Source: an uncultured Actinomycetota bacterium
GTDB taxonomy: Bacteria; Actinomycetota; Actinomycetes; Propionibacteriales; Nocardioidaceae
Direction: 5' to 3'
DNA: 64,000 bases
Assembly (NCBI GenBank): GCA_963757665.1
Contig: CAVWSY010000002.1
Location: 476,797-540,796 of the forward strand
Translations under genes and position numbers: made by a program
Shown here: in pieces, positions 28,388 through 37,194 of the stretch
Layout: the number at the start of each line of letters is the position of its first letter
How positions within the stretch are numbered: position 1 is the stretch's first letter
The notes under the pieces: generated by a model
Database searches by the model: none
Told to the model about the DNA's origin: nothing
What the model saw: only the letters and a program-made list of their open reading frames with translations

Positions 28388-29250
28388 CACGCGGGATCGA
28401 GCACGAAGTCGTAGGTCACCTCGCTGCCGGATCCGTCCTCGCGCGGTGTCGGTGCCAGCATCAGCTCGGGCTTCACGGCGTCGGCGATGTCGGTGTCGAC
28501 GTACTCCCCGCCCACGAAGTACAGCTGCGTGGTGATGAGCTGGTGATCGGGTGCCGAGACCTTCAGGTGGATGTGGGCCGGGCGCCAGGCGTGCCACCCG
28601 GCAGCAGCGATGAGCTTGCCGCACGAGCCGTCGGTCGGGATCTGGTACGGCGCGGGCTGCATCGTGTTGATGAAGAAACGGCCCTCCTCATCAGCGGTCA
28701 CTCGTGCGCGGAAGAGCCAGTCAGGCAGCCCGGGTGCGAACTGCGCGTAGAAGCCGGCGTCGTCGGCGTGCCAGATGTCGACGATCGCACCGGCGAGCGG
28801 GGTGCCGTCGACTGCGCGGACCTGCCCCTGGAACAGCAGCGGGGTGCCGGCCTCGTCCTCACGCATCTCCAGCGTGCACTCGGCGGGAAGCTCCGGAGCG
28901 TCCGGCACGTAGTAGGGCCCCTCGATCGTGCCCTTGGAACCCTCGCGGTCGGCGTTGGCGACCTCCTCGACGACGTGCTCGACCCACACGTCGAGGAACA
29001 GCGGCCACTCGCCGTCCAGACCCACCTGGATCATCCACGCCTTGAGGGCGTCGTACTCCTCATAGGTCACCTGCTTGTCGCGGATCACCTCATGGACTGC
29101 CTTGATCGCGGCGGTGGCGACCTCGTCAACGCGCTCCTTGCTGATCTCGGGCCGTCCCGCGGCCTCCTTGCTCTGGAACACTCGGGTGGCGTTGGCGCCG
29201 GACTCGGCCGCCTTCGCGTCGAACTCGGTGGGCTGGTCGGTCTGGGTCAT
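28387..29250 (-). CDS. catA: catechol 1,2-dioxygenase (intradiol)
   Basis: IEGPYYV, DIWHADDAGFY and RPAHIHLKV intradiol signatures, flanked by catB and catC. Confidence 0.95.
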   Translation of the reverse strand: MTQTDQPTEFDAKAAESGANATRVFQSKEAAGRPEISKERVDEVATAAIKAVHEVIRDKQVTYEEYDALKAWMIQVGLDGEWPLFLDVWVEHVVEEVANADREGSKGTIEGPYYVPDAPELPAECTLEMREDEAGTPLLFQGQVRAVDGTPLAGAIVDIWHADDAGFYAQFAPGLPDWLFRARVTADEEGRFFINTMQPAPYQIPTDGSCGKLIAAAGWHAWRPAHIHLKVSAPDHQLITTQLYFVGGEYVDTDIADAVKPELMLAPTPREDGSGSEVTYDFVLDPA

Positions 29251-29288
29251 GGTTCGTTCTCCTCGTTGCGGTGCGGACGGATGAGTGA

Positions 29289-30389
29289 TCAGGCGTCGGT
29301 GCGGTAGTGGGTGAGCTTGTCCTCGTCGATCGTGATGCCGAGCCCCGGACCCTGTCGGACCCTGAGCTCGCCGCCCTCGATCACCAGCGACTCGGCAAGC
29401 AGGTCGTCGCTCATGTCGAGGAAGTTCGACAGCTCGGCGGGGCGTCGCGCCGTGTAGGCGTGGGCCGCCCCGAACGCGGCCGCGCACAGGGAGCCGAGTT
29501 GGGTGTCGATCTGGTTCCCGACGTACACCTCCACGCCCATGCCCTCGCACTGGCCGATGATGCGTTGGCTGGTGGTGAATCCGGTGCGGGAGGTCTTCAG
29601 CGCGATGCCGGTCGCAGCCCCCGAGAGCAGCTCACGGGTCACGTCAGCCGCGGTCGGGACGCTCTCGTCGGCGTACATCGGGATGGGGGAGCGCTCCACC
29701 AGCCAGCGCCGGCCGAGCACCTCGTCGGCCGGGCAGAGCTCCTCGGCGAAGCTCAGGTCCAGGTGGGCCATCTCCCGCAGGGCGCGGGCGGACTCGCTGG
29801 GCGTCCAGCCGCGGTTGCCGTCGATGTAGATCTCGGCGTCCGGCATGGCCGCTCGCAGGGCGCAGCACGCCTCGACGTCCTGACGGTAGGGCTGACGTCC
29901 GACCTTCACCTTGTAGGTCGAGATGCCGTAGGTGGCGCGGATCCGCTCTGCCTCGGCGACCATCTCCTCGGGTGCGGCGAAGCCGACCATGTGGGAGACG
30001 CGCATCCGGTCGGTGAAGCCGCCGAGCAGCTCGGTGACCGATGCGCCCATGGTCTGCCCGATGGCGTCCCAGATCGCCATGTCCAGGGCAGCCTTCGCGA
30101 CGGGGTTGCCGACGGTGCGGTTCAGCCGAGCATGCACCACCTCGCGCTCGAGGATGCCGACACCTTCGATGGCAGGGGCGAAATGGTCGGCGATGATCGA
30201 GCGCACCGACGTCTGGGTCTCGCCGTAGGTGAAGGGTCGCGGGGGAGCGTCGGCCGTGCCGACGACACCGTCGTCAGTGTGCACCCGGACCAGCACGTGC
30301 TCGGCCGCTCGCACTTCGCCGCTGGCGAAGGCCAGTGGTTTGCGGTAGTCGATGGCGTAGGGGATTGCCTCGACCCGATCGATCTTCAT
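29289..30389 (-). CDS. catB: muconate cycloisomerase (enolase superfamily)
   Basis: MKIDRVEAIPY..., KVKVG, IDGNRGW and ADES metal and general-base blocks of the MLE subgroup. ATG 30389. Confidence 0.9.
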   Translation of the reverse strand: MKIDRVEAIPYAIDYRKPLAFASGEVRAAEHVLVRVHTDDGVVGTADAPPRPFTYGETQTSVRSIIADHFAPAIEGVGILEREVVHARLNRTVGNPVAKAALDMAIWDAIGQTMGASVTELLGGFTDRMRVSHMVGFAAPEEMVAEAERIRATYGISTYKVKVGRQPYRQDVEACCALRAAMPDAEIYIDGNRGWTPSESARALREMAHLDLSFAEELCPADEVLGRRWLVERSPIPMYADESVPTAADVTRELLSGAATGIALKTSRTGFTTSQRIIGQCEGMGVEVYVGNQIDTQLGSLCAAAFGAAHAYTARRPAELSNFLDMSDDLLAESLVIEGGELRVRQGPGLGITIDEDKLTHYRTDA

Positions 30390-30411
30390 GCGACGAGCGT
30401 CACACGACGAT

Positions 30412-30436
30412 CTGATCAAGTGAAGTACATGATCAG
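30412..30436. promoter_or_regulatory. LysR-type T-N11-A box upstream of catB
   Basis: CTGATCA-N11-TGATCAG perfect 7-bp inverted repeat in the 61-bp gap between the LysR gene and catB. A GTCTC-GATT-GAGAC hairpin (30437-30450) lies just after the LysR stop. Confidence 0.5.
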
Positions 30437-30450
30437 TCTCGATTGAGACC

Positions 30451-31350
30451 TCAGGAGTCTTGGTTGGCGTTCTTGATGAGTCGACGGGCCACGGCCAGCA
30501 CCTCGTGAACGGCCTGGGATGTCTCGCCGCGCCGGGTGGCGACGGCGAGCTCGACCGTCGGGGCGGTGCCTGCCAGAGAGAGGTAGGCGGCGCCGGTGAT
30601 CCGCAGGTGCTGCACCGACTCCGGGACGAGCGCGACCCCGAGACCGGCCGCAACGAACGAGACGAGGGTCGAGGTCTCGGCGACCTCGGTCGCGCGAGGA
30701 GTGAACCCGGCCGCCTGGCAGGCATCCAGCACAGCGTCGTGGACGACCGAGCGATGGTGGGAGGGATAGGTGATGAACGGCTCGTCGGCCAGGTCGGACA
30801 AGATGACGTGCGCCCGACCTGCCAGGGGGTGCGACTCGGGGAGCGCGACGACCAGTGGTTCGCGCCGAAGCGGGTGGACCTCGACCTCGGGCGCGTGGAC
30901 AGGTGGACGCAGAAAGCCGATGTCGAGGCTCCCGTTGACCAGGCCGGCCACCTGGCTGGGCGTGAGCAGCTCACCGCGCAGGTCCATTTCGAGCTCGGGC
31001 AGCTCGCTTCGCAGCATGCGGCTCAGCTGTGGCAGCAGCTCGTAGGTCGCGGAGCCAGTGAAGCCGATCGTGACCTTTCCCATCCGCCCGTCGCGGATCA
31101 GCTCGGCCTCTTCGCGGGCAGCGTCGACGTTCGCGAGGATCGAGCGAGCGCGGGCGAGATACTGCTCGCCGGCCGGCGTGAGGTCGACCCGTCGAGTCGA
31201 TCGTGTCAGCAGCTGCACCCCGAGCTCCGCCTCGAGCTGCTTGATCTGCTGTGACAAAGGCGGCTGCGCGATGTGCAGACGTTCGGCCGCGCGCCCGAAG
31301 TGGCATTCTTCGGCGACTGCGACGAAGTAGCGCAGGTGTCGCAGTTCCAT
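30451..31350 (-). CDS. LysR family transcriptional regulator (CatR/BenM-like by context)
   Basis: MELRHLRYFVAVAEECHFGRAAERLHIAQPPLSQQIKQLE is a LysR HTH. 299 aa, directly upstream of catBAC on the same strand. Confidence 0.9.
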   Translation of the reverse strand: MELRHLRYFVAVAEECHFGRAAERLHIAQPPLSQQIKQLEAELGVQLLTRSTRRVDLTPAGEQYLARARSILANVDAAREEAELIRDGRMGKVTIGFTGSATYELLPQLSRMLRSELPELEMDLRGELLTPSQVAGLVNGSLDIGFLRPPVHAPEVEVHPLRREPLVVALPESHPLAGRAHVILSDLADEPFITYPSHHRSVVHDAVLDACQAAGFTPRATEVAETSTLVSFVAAGLGVALVPESVQHLRITGAAYLSLAGTAPTVELAVATRRGETSQAVHEVLAVARRLIKNANQDS

Positions 31351-31450
31351 GGCGCGAATCTACCTGCGAGGCGGGTCGCGGAGCCCGCTTCACCGGGTCG
31401 GGTGAGGTGACCAGCGGGCCGGGCTCGCGCTGGTGCAGGTCGTCGTGCCC

Positions 31451-32482
31451 CTACCCAGAGCTACCTGATGATGCCTTCCCGACCACGCCTGCTTTCATCT
31501 CTTGCCCGACAGTGGTCGTCACGACTACCGGGATGCCGTTGGGTATCTGGCCGCTGAGATCGGAGACGAGCTCATTCAGCGGTGGCAGCCCGCCGGGAGT
31601 CTGGACATGGACGTAGATCGACCTGTCCACCACCGAGACCGACGTGACTCTTGCCCCCGGCTGCTCCTGGATCCACTGGTCAGCCGTCGACTGGGCCCGC
31701 TGGGTCCACCTCTCGATCAGATAGACGCCCACGGTGTTGACGCCCATGGGCACGAGCACCACGAACAGCAGGAGCCCGATCACGAGGTTGGCACGTCGTC
31801 GCGAGAGCTGCTTGGACCCCGGCTCCTCGACGCCGTATCCGGCAACGGTGAAAACGAGGCTTCCAGCCAGCACCAGCGCGACGAAGTTCGACATGAAGAG
31901 CACCAGCGCACCCAGGGCCAGCGCGACAGCCCCTTGGCCGAGGCAGACGCCGACGACCGCCAGTGGGGGCACGAGGGAGATGGCGATGGCGACGCCGGGG
32001 AGCACAGCGGCGACGTCGCGACGGGCGAAGGCCACTGCGCCCGCGAAGCCGGTCGCTACCGCCGAGATCAAGTCGACGAGACCCGGCGAGGTTCGGCTGG
32101 CGATCTGGCTGTCGTTGAGAAGGTCCACGCCACCGGGGATGACCAGCGAGAAGCTGACTCCGATCCCGATCACTGTCAGGGCGCCGAGGCCGGTGTACGC
32201 CGCGGAACGCCGTGCAATCGAGGCGCTGCGCCGAACAATGCCCAGCCCCACTCCCATGATGGGGGTCGACAGCGGTGCAATGATCATGGCGCCGATGACG
32301 GTGGCGGTGGCGTCCGAGACCACTCCTGCCGATGCGATCACCGCGGACAGGATCAGCATGGTCCAGAACGCAGAGCCCTTGGACCGCGCGTCACCCGCCC
32401 CCAGGTCGAGGTCCGCGCTCAGTTCGTCCAGGGTCCGCCGCTGACGGCTCGGCAGGACGTGGTCGAACAGCCAGTGGTTCAC
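31451..32482 (-). CDS. DUF389 family membrane protein
   Basis: The pattern FWTMLILSAVIASAGVVSDATATVIGAMIIAPLSTPIMG is typical of the DUF389/TIGR00341 hydrophobic domain. GTG start. Confidence 0.75.
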   Translation of the reverse strand: MNHWLFDHVLPSRQRRTLDELSADLDLGAGDARSKGSAFWTMLILSAVIASAGVVSDATATVIGAMIIAPLSTPIMGVGLGIVRRSASIARRSAAYTGLGALTVIGIGVSFSLVIPGGVDLLNDSQIASRTSPGLVDLISAVATGFAGAVAFARRDVAAVLPGVAIAISLVPPLAVVGVCLGQGAVALALGALVLFMSNFVALVLAGSLVFTVAGYGVEEPGSKQLSRRRANLVIGLLLFVVLVPMGVNTVGVYLIERWTQRAQSTADQWIQEQPGARVTSVSVVDRSIYVHVQTPGGLPPLNELVSDLSGQIPNGIPVVVTTTVGQEMKAGVVGKASSGSSG

Positions 32483-32513
32483 GACCCTGGAAGCTGTTCG
32501 CGACCGTCGGGAC

Positions 32514-32627
32514 TCAGCGGTCCTTCATCTCCCTGCCGTGCACGAATGCGATCCATCCGGTCCAACGTGTGACTTCGGTCGGGGTGCGTGGCGTCGCAGA
32601 GGAGTTGGGCAGGTTGGTCGTAGCCAT
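32514..32627 (-). CDS. possible 37-aa small protein upstream of the DUF389 gene
   Basis: AAGGAGG Shine-Dalgarno 6 nt upstream of ATG (32625-32627). MATTNLPNSSATPRTPTEVTRWTGWIAFVHGREMKDR*, about 73% GC3, ends 31 nt before the DUF389 start. It is below the 60-aa cutoff of the ORF track. Confidence 0.35.
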   Translation of the reverse strand: MATTNLPNSSATPRTPTEVTRWTGWIAFVHGREMKDR

Positions 32628-32721
32628 GATGGCCCTCCTTCTGGGCGCGGCACTGATGCCGCGAACTCGTTCCAGACTCTCGGTCGGCGCAGGAGGGCAC
32701 TAGGGTCAAAAGCCCCCCGGC

Positions 32722-32746
32722 CCACAGGGCCACAGGGCCACGCGGG
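32722..32746. repeat. short tandem repeat (CCACAGGG x2 plus a degenerate third unit)
   Basis: ccacaggg ccacaggg ccacgcggg read directly. Intergenic. Confidence 0.7.
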
Positions 32747-32792
32747 CCGGCGCGAGCCGGCGTCTCGCGGTCAACGAGGGACGGCGGCTCGT

Positions 32793-32836
32793 GTGGCCCA
32801 GACGTGGCCCAGACGTGGCCCGGACGTGGCCCAGGT
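32793..32836. repeat. 4 x 11-bp tandem repeat (GTGGCCCAGAC consensus)
   Basis: gtggcccagac gtggcccagac gtggcccggac gtggcccaggt. The unit length is not a multiple of 3, and the array is intergenic between the response regulator 3' end and the small-ORF/DUF389 promoter side. Confidence 0.85.
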
Positions 32837-33140
32837 GCGGCATCATCTGCGAACCCGCAGGTCAGCAACCGGCAGGGTCAAGGCGGCCGCGCAAGGGCCG
32901 CGCTAGGGCCGAAGCGTGTCAGGAATGCAGCCCCTTGCAGCGACCTCGAGCCGAATTCGAGCTCTTGGCACTCAGCACGTCTATGAAGTGCGCGGCCGCC
33001 GGCACTCATCCTCGCGTCGGCCGTGGCCACCCCTGGCTGTGAGCGCAGAGCCGATCTTCGCCGCCAAGAGTGATAAAGGGGTCGCACCTGATAGTCCGGA
33101 CGATCGTGATCATGTTCGACATTCGTCGCTCGGCTGTGCC

Positions 33141-33797
33141 TCATGGTTCGACCAGACCGGATCGAATGGCATAGCGCGTGACCTGGACACGGTCGTTCAT
33201 GTTGAGCTTCTCCATGAGGTTCGTGCGGTGCCGGTCGACCGTCTTGAGGCTGATGCACAAGAGGTCGGCGATCTCCTGGGAGCTGTGTCCCTCCGCGATC
33301 AGCTTGACGACCTCGGTCTCTCGGGGGGTGAGGGGTCCGGCATCGGTGTCCTGGCCGTGGTCGACCATGCTGAGGTGCCGGTGCATGAGGGCGCCTAGTG
33401 CGCTGGGGTAGATGAACGGCTCGCCGCTGAGAGCGGCTCGGCACGCTTCGATGATGTCTTGGTCGACCTGGCGCTTGAGCACATAGCCCGCGGCGCCCGC
33501 GGCGATCGCCTCGAAGAAGTACTGCGCGCGGTCGTACATCGAGAGGATGAGGATCGGGAACTCACGCTTGCGCCGGATTTCGCGCGTGACCTGCAGGCCG
33601 GTCAGTCCGGGCATGGCGATGTCGAGGATCGCGAGATCGAGCTGTTCGCTGAGGCCCAACTGCAGGGCTTTCCGTCCGTCTTCTGCCTCGGTCACGACTT
33701 CCAGGTCCGACTCATTGTCGATCAGCGCTTTGAGTCCTGCCCTAACCACGGCGTGGTCGTCGGCGATCATCACCCGCGCCGCGCCCGTACCGCTCAT
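33141..33797 (-). CDS. NarL/FixJ-family response regulator
   Basis: Receiver domain (VMIADDHAVV...LDLAILDIAMPGLTG) plus LuxR HTH (LTPRETEVVKLIAEGHSSQEIADLLCISLKTVDRHRTNLMEKL). Confidence 0.95.
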   Translation of the reverse strand: MSGTGAARVMIADDHAVVRAGLKALIDNESDLEVVTEAEDGRKALQLGLSEQLDLAILDIAMPGLTGLQVTREIRRKREFPILILSMYDRAQYFFEAIAAGAAGYVLKRQVDQDIIEACRAALSGEPFIYPSALGALMHRHLSMVDHGQDTDAGPLTPRETEVVKLIAEGHSSQEIADLLCISLKTVDRHRTNLMEKLNMNDRVQVTRYAIRSGLVEP

Positions 33798-34900
33798 CGG
33801 TCGGCGAGCGTGCCGGGGTCGGTGCAGTCGAGCCGCACCGTGGTTCCCCGCGTCCCGGGTCGCCGTGCAACTGCGGTCGGGCCGATGTGCAGCCGACCTC
33901 CGACGAGGAGCGCTCGCTCGCGCATTCCGCGAATGCCGGGACCCTCCGACGTCGGGACGGAGAAGCCGGTGCCGTCATCGGTCACCCGGAGCGTGAGTCG
34001 GTCGTCGTCTGATTCGACCGCGAGCGCGATGCGGGAGGCGCCTGAGTGCCGTACCGCATTGGTCATGGCCTCTTGGGCGACCCGGTAGACGACCAGTTCC
34101 AGGTCTGGCGGCAGCGGCGGCAGCTCATCGGGAATGGTCGTCTCGATCCGGGCGCTCGTTTCGCCCATCGTCTCCGCCAAGGCGTCGATCGCGCTGAGGA
34201 GACCGAGGTCGTCCAGGAGAGCCGGGCGCAGCTGCCACGCGAGGGCACCCACTTCGTCCAACGTAGCGCGCTGCTGCTCTTGAATGCACTCGACCTCGGA
34301 CCTGAAGGGCTCGGGGAGGTCATCTGCCAGTCGCTGCAGTTGCAGCAGGCTTCCAGTCAGGCGCTGACCGATCTCGTCGTGCAGCTCACGACCGATCCGT
34401 CGCCGCTCACCTTCGATCGCGCTGAGCGTGCGGCACGCGCTCGTACGCCGCTCGTTCTGGAGACGCTCCAGCATTGTGTTGAAGCCGGCGATGAGCGCCT
34501 TGGCTTCCGGACCACCGGTCTCTGGCAGAAGTTCCTCGGGCTTCAGCACGTCGATGGTCTCCATTCGACGTACCACGGCTCGCAGTCCACGGAAGTTGAG
34601 CCGCAGCACCACGGCGTTCGCAACCGCGATGACCACGGCGCCCATAGCCAGCACCAGCCCCTGCTCCGTCGCGATCGGGAACGACACCGTCGCGGGACTG
34701 ACGACCAGCGCCAGCACGGCCAGGAGCAGCACGGTGCTGTTGACCAGGACCACGCGTGCGTAGAGCGAGAGGTTCCACCAAGCCGGGCGCACCCGGTCCG
34801 ACCGGTGCCCTTCCATGCCCATCTCCGGGCGCATCAGCGAAGCGGCCATGCTCCAGCCTCGCTCAGCCCAGGGCGCCACGCAATGCAGTCCACACCCCAT
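33794..34900 (-). CDS. sensor histidine kinase (HisKA_3/NarX-DesK type)
   Basis: Two N-terminal TM segments, H-box ERRRIGRELHDEIGQRLT, and HATPase_c (VAQEAMTNAVRHSGA...DDGTGF). ATGA overlap with the regulator start. The exact start is uncertain. Confidence 0.9.
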   Translation of the reverse strand: MGCGLHCVAPWAERGWSMAASLMRPEMGMEGHRSDRVRPAWWNLSLYARVVLVNSTVLLLAVLALVVSPATVSFPIATEQGLVLAMGAVVIAVANAVVLRLNFRGLRAVVRRMETIDVLKPEELLPETGGPEAKALIAGFNTMLERLQNERRTSACRTLSAIEGERRRIGRELHDEIGQRLTGSLLQLQRLADDLPEPFRSEVECIQEQQRATLDEVGALAWQLRPALLDDLGLLSAIDALAETMGETSARIETTIPDELPPLPPDLELVVYRVAQEAMTNAVRHSGASRIALAVESDDDRLTLRVTDDGTGFSVPTSEGPGIRGMRERALLVGGRLHIGPTAVARRPGTRGTTVRLDCTDPGTLADR

Positions 34901-35038
34901 GCGTGCGCGGCACCGCGGACCATCGGTCGCCTGAAATTTGGGGTGCCGACCGGATGGGCAAGCGTGCGCAACCTCTTCAAGACTCGGAGTAAGCGGCTGA
35001 GCGCCGACGCGACCGGCATCCGGAATCGAAAGGACACC

Positions 35039-35773
35039 ATGACCAGTTCAGAGCTGACCGATACCGCAAGGGACGCTGTGACGACATCGACGCCCCGCCC
35101 TCGGGCATCAGAGCAAGCCGGCGGCTGGGCCTCGCTGGTGGAAGCGTTCACCTACGTGGTCGGCTTCGGTGTCGCGGCGGCCTACCTGGCACCTGCGGGC
35201 TTCATCGACGCGCAGGACGATCCGGCCGAGTCGCTGGCCTTCCTGCTCGACCACCAGGCCGTCCTGTACGCGTGGTATGCGGTGCTCTACTTGGTCGCGG
35301 GCGTGGCCCTGGTGGTGCTCGTGCTCGGCATCCATGACCGCCTCGAGGACCGCACTCCAACACTCGCTCGGATCACCACGGCATTCGGGCTGATCTGGGC
35401 GGGGTTGTTGTTGGCCAGTGGGATGGTCGCGCTGGTCGGCCAGCGCGTCGCCGTCGAGCTCGCCGCCACCGACCGCGCCGAGGCGATCTCCACCTGGTCC
35501 GCGGTCAGTGTCGTCCAGGACGCTCTCGGCGGCGGCATCGAGATCGTAGGCGCGCTGTGGGTGCTGCTGGCCAGCATCGCCGCCCTCCGCAGCTCGGCAC
35601 TGCCACGGGGACTTGTGGTGCTCGGTGTCGTCGTCGGCGTCGCCGGCACGGTGACCCTCGTTCCGCAGCTGGCCGAAGCAGCCGCTCTCTTCGGGCTCGG
35701 CTTCATCGCCTGGTTCATCTGGGCCGGCCTCGTCCTCCTCCGCAAGGACCGCCGGGTCGGGAGCGCAGGATGA
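35039..35773 (+). CDS. DUF4386-like integral membrane protein
   Basis: 244 aa with 5-6 TM segments. Family assignment is by general resemblance only. Confidence 0.5.
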   Translation: MTSSELTDTARDAVTTSTPRPRASEQAGGWASLVEAFTYVVGFGVAAAYLAPAGFIDAQDDPAESLAFLLDHQAVLYAWYAVLYLVAGVALVVLVLGIHDRLEDRTPTLARITTAFGLIWAGLLLASGMVALVGQRVAVELAATDRAEAISTWSAVSVVQDALGGGIEIVGALWVLLASIAALRSSALPRGLVVLGVVVGVAGTVTLVPQLAEAAALFGLGFIAWFIWAGLVLLRKDRRVGSAG

Positions 35774-36510
35774 CCACGCCACCGACCCGTCAGACGGAGA
35801 AGCCCGCCAACCCTCGACAGGTCTGCGTCGTGGGGGCCTCCGGAAAGTTGGGCCGCTACCTGGTGCGCCACTGCTTGGACCGCGGGGACCGGGTCGTCGG
35901 TGTCTGCCGGGAGCAGAGTGTGGGAAAGCTTGCCGAGTTCGGCGAGCTCATCGCCGTGGTGCCGGGGAGGACCGACGACCGCGACGTCATCGCCCGCGCT
36001 GTGGCCGAATGCGATGCGGTGATGACCGTGCTGGTGCCGTGGGGGATGCAGCACTACGCCTCCGGCACCGCCAAGGCGGTGCTCGCCCTCGCGGAGCCCG
36101 ACGCGCGTCTGGTCTTCTCCTGCGGCTGGCACATCAGCCGCGACGGCCAGGATGTCTACCCCTGGAAGCTGCGCGCGTTCGTCGCCGTCTTCGGACGCCT
36201 GGCCAAGCTGGCACGGAAGGTCGACCTCGATGACCAGGTCGAGGCCTGCCGGAGGGTCTTCGCCAGCAACCGGCGGTGGACCGTCGTGCGGTGCAGTGAC
36301 GTCGAAGAGGGCGAGAGCCAGGGGCTCCCGATCTGGCGCCGCCATGTCGGTGATCCCGCCCTGGCCAGCAACCTGACCCGCCGCGTGGACTTCGCGCTGT
36401 TCATGGTGGAAGCCATCGATGACGACGAGCTGGTGCGGGAGGCCCCGGCGATCGTCGGGCGGCTCAGCCCGTCGGCGTTGGCCCACGTCGGAGAGGAGCG
36501 CGTCGCATGA
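35770..36510 (+). CDS. NAD(P)-binding domain protein (atypical SDR / NAD(P)H-binding)
   Basis: ATGA overlap with the upstream gene. QVCVVGASGKLGRYLV Rossmann motif. Confidence 0.75.
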   Translation: MTTPPTRQTEKPANPRQVCVVGASGKLGRYLVRHCLDRGDRVVGVCREQSVGKLAEFGELIAVVPGRTDDRDVIARAVAECDAVMTVLVPWGMQHYASGTAKAVLALAEPDARLVFSCGWHISRDGQDVYPWKLRAFVAVFGRLAKLARKVDLDDQVEACRRVFASNRRWTVVRCSDVEEGESQGLPIWRRHVGDPALASNLTRRVDFALFMVEAIDDDELVREAPAIVGRLSPSALAHVGEERVA

Positions 36511-37175
36511 CCACGCGGACCGTACCCGTCGACGCCGTCGGGCATGCGGATCGACCGCACGAGATGTCTCCCCAACGTCTCGCACGACTCACCGGCGCCC
36601 TCTATACAGCTGGAGCCGATCAGCCCACCGCCAAGTACCGTCCGTGGGAGAACTCCAGGCGCGTCGACGAACACGGGCACGGCCAAGTGAGGCACCGCGC
36701 AGCCACCGAGCATCCTGCGGCGCCGGCCGCTGACGCGCACCCACCGCTGCACCATGCCGGCGTCACGTGCGCGGAGTTGGCGTGCGGTCCACACCTTGCG
36801 CGAGGCGCAGAAGAGCTGGTGGACAACTGGGGACGTGACCGGGCGCTCCCCAGCCCAACCGTCCACCGGCTCTCCACGCTTGTTGTAGCCGCGGTGTCCC
36901 ATGGACAACGGTTCCAGCCCCGCGGGGTCAACGTGACGATGGGATGGCAAGACCCGGACCGCATCCGTGTCGTCGTCAAGTGGCACGGGTGCGCGGAGAC
37001 CGCAGTGAAGACCGCTGACACCGATCAACTGGCCCGGACGGAGGCGGTCCTGGACACGTTCGCGGATGGATGGGGCTTCGGGGGCAGCACCTCGGAACCG
37101 GTCCAGTGGTTCGTCCTCGACACGCTTCGCTGTCCGACTAGCCTCGGGATTTCACGAGTGACCTGGCGACACTGA
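36507..37175 (+). CDS. hypothetical protein with a GHKL/RsbW-like ATP-binding C-terminal region
   Basis: ATGA overlap with the upstream gene. The C-terminal about 120 aa (...RIRVVVKWHGC...VLDTFADGWGF...) resemble actinomycete 'ATP-binding protein' anti-sigma-kinase-like domains. The ORF ends 20 bp before the IS. Confidence 0.4.
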   Translation: MTTRTVPVDAVGHADRPHEMSPQRLARLTGALYTAGADQPTAKYRPWENSRRVDEHGHGQVRHRAATEHPAAPAADAHPPLHHAGVTCAELACGPHLARGAEELVDNWGRDRALPSPTVHRLSTLVVAAVSHGQRFQPRGVNVTMGWQDPDRIRVVVKWHGCAETAVKTADTDQLARTEAVLDTFADGWGFGGSTSEPVQWFVLDTLRCPTSLGISRVTWRH

Positions 37176-37194
37176 GGCTGATAGCACGGAAGTG

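Noticed and set aside
32793-32836. The 11-bp tandem array considered as a CRISPR array.
   Set aside because: The units are contiguous with no spacers, only 11 bp long, and there are no cas genes.
32945-32964. XhoI-EcoRI-SacI sites packed into 20 bp (ctcgagccgaattcgagctc), which looks like a cloning polylinker.
   Set aside because: Only 20 bp are involved, the flanks are native-looking intergenic sequence, and no vector backbone is present. It is more likely a near-palindrome centred on CGAATTCG arising by chance.
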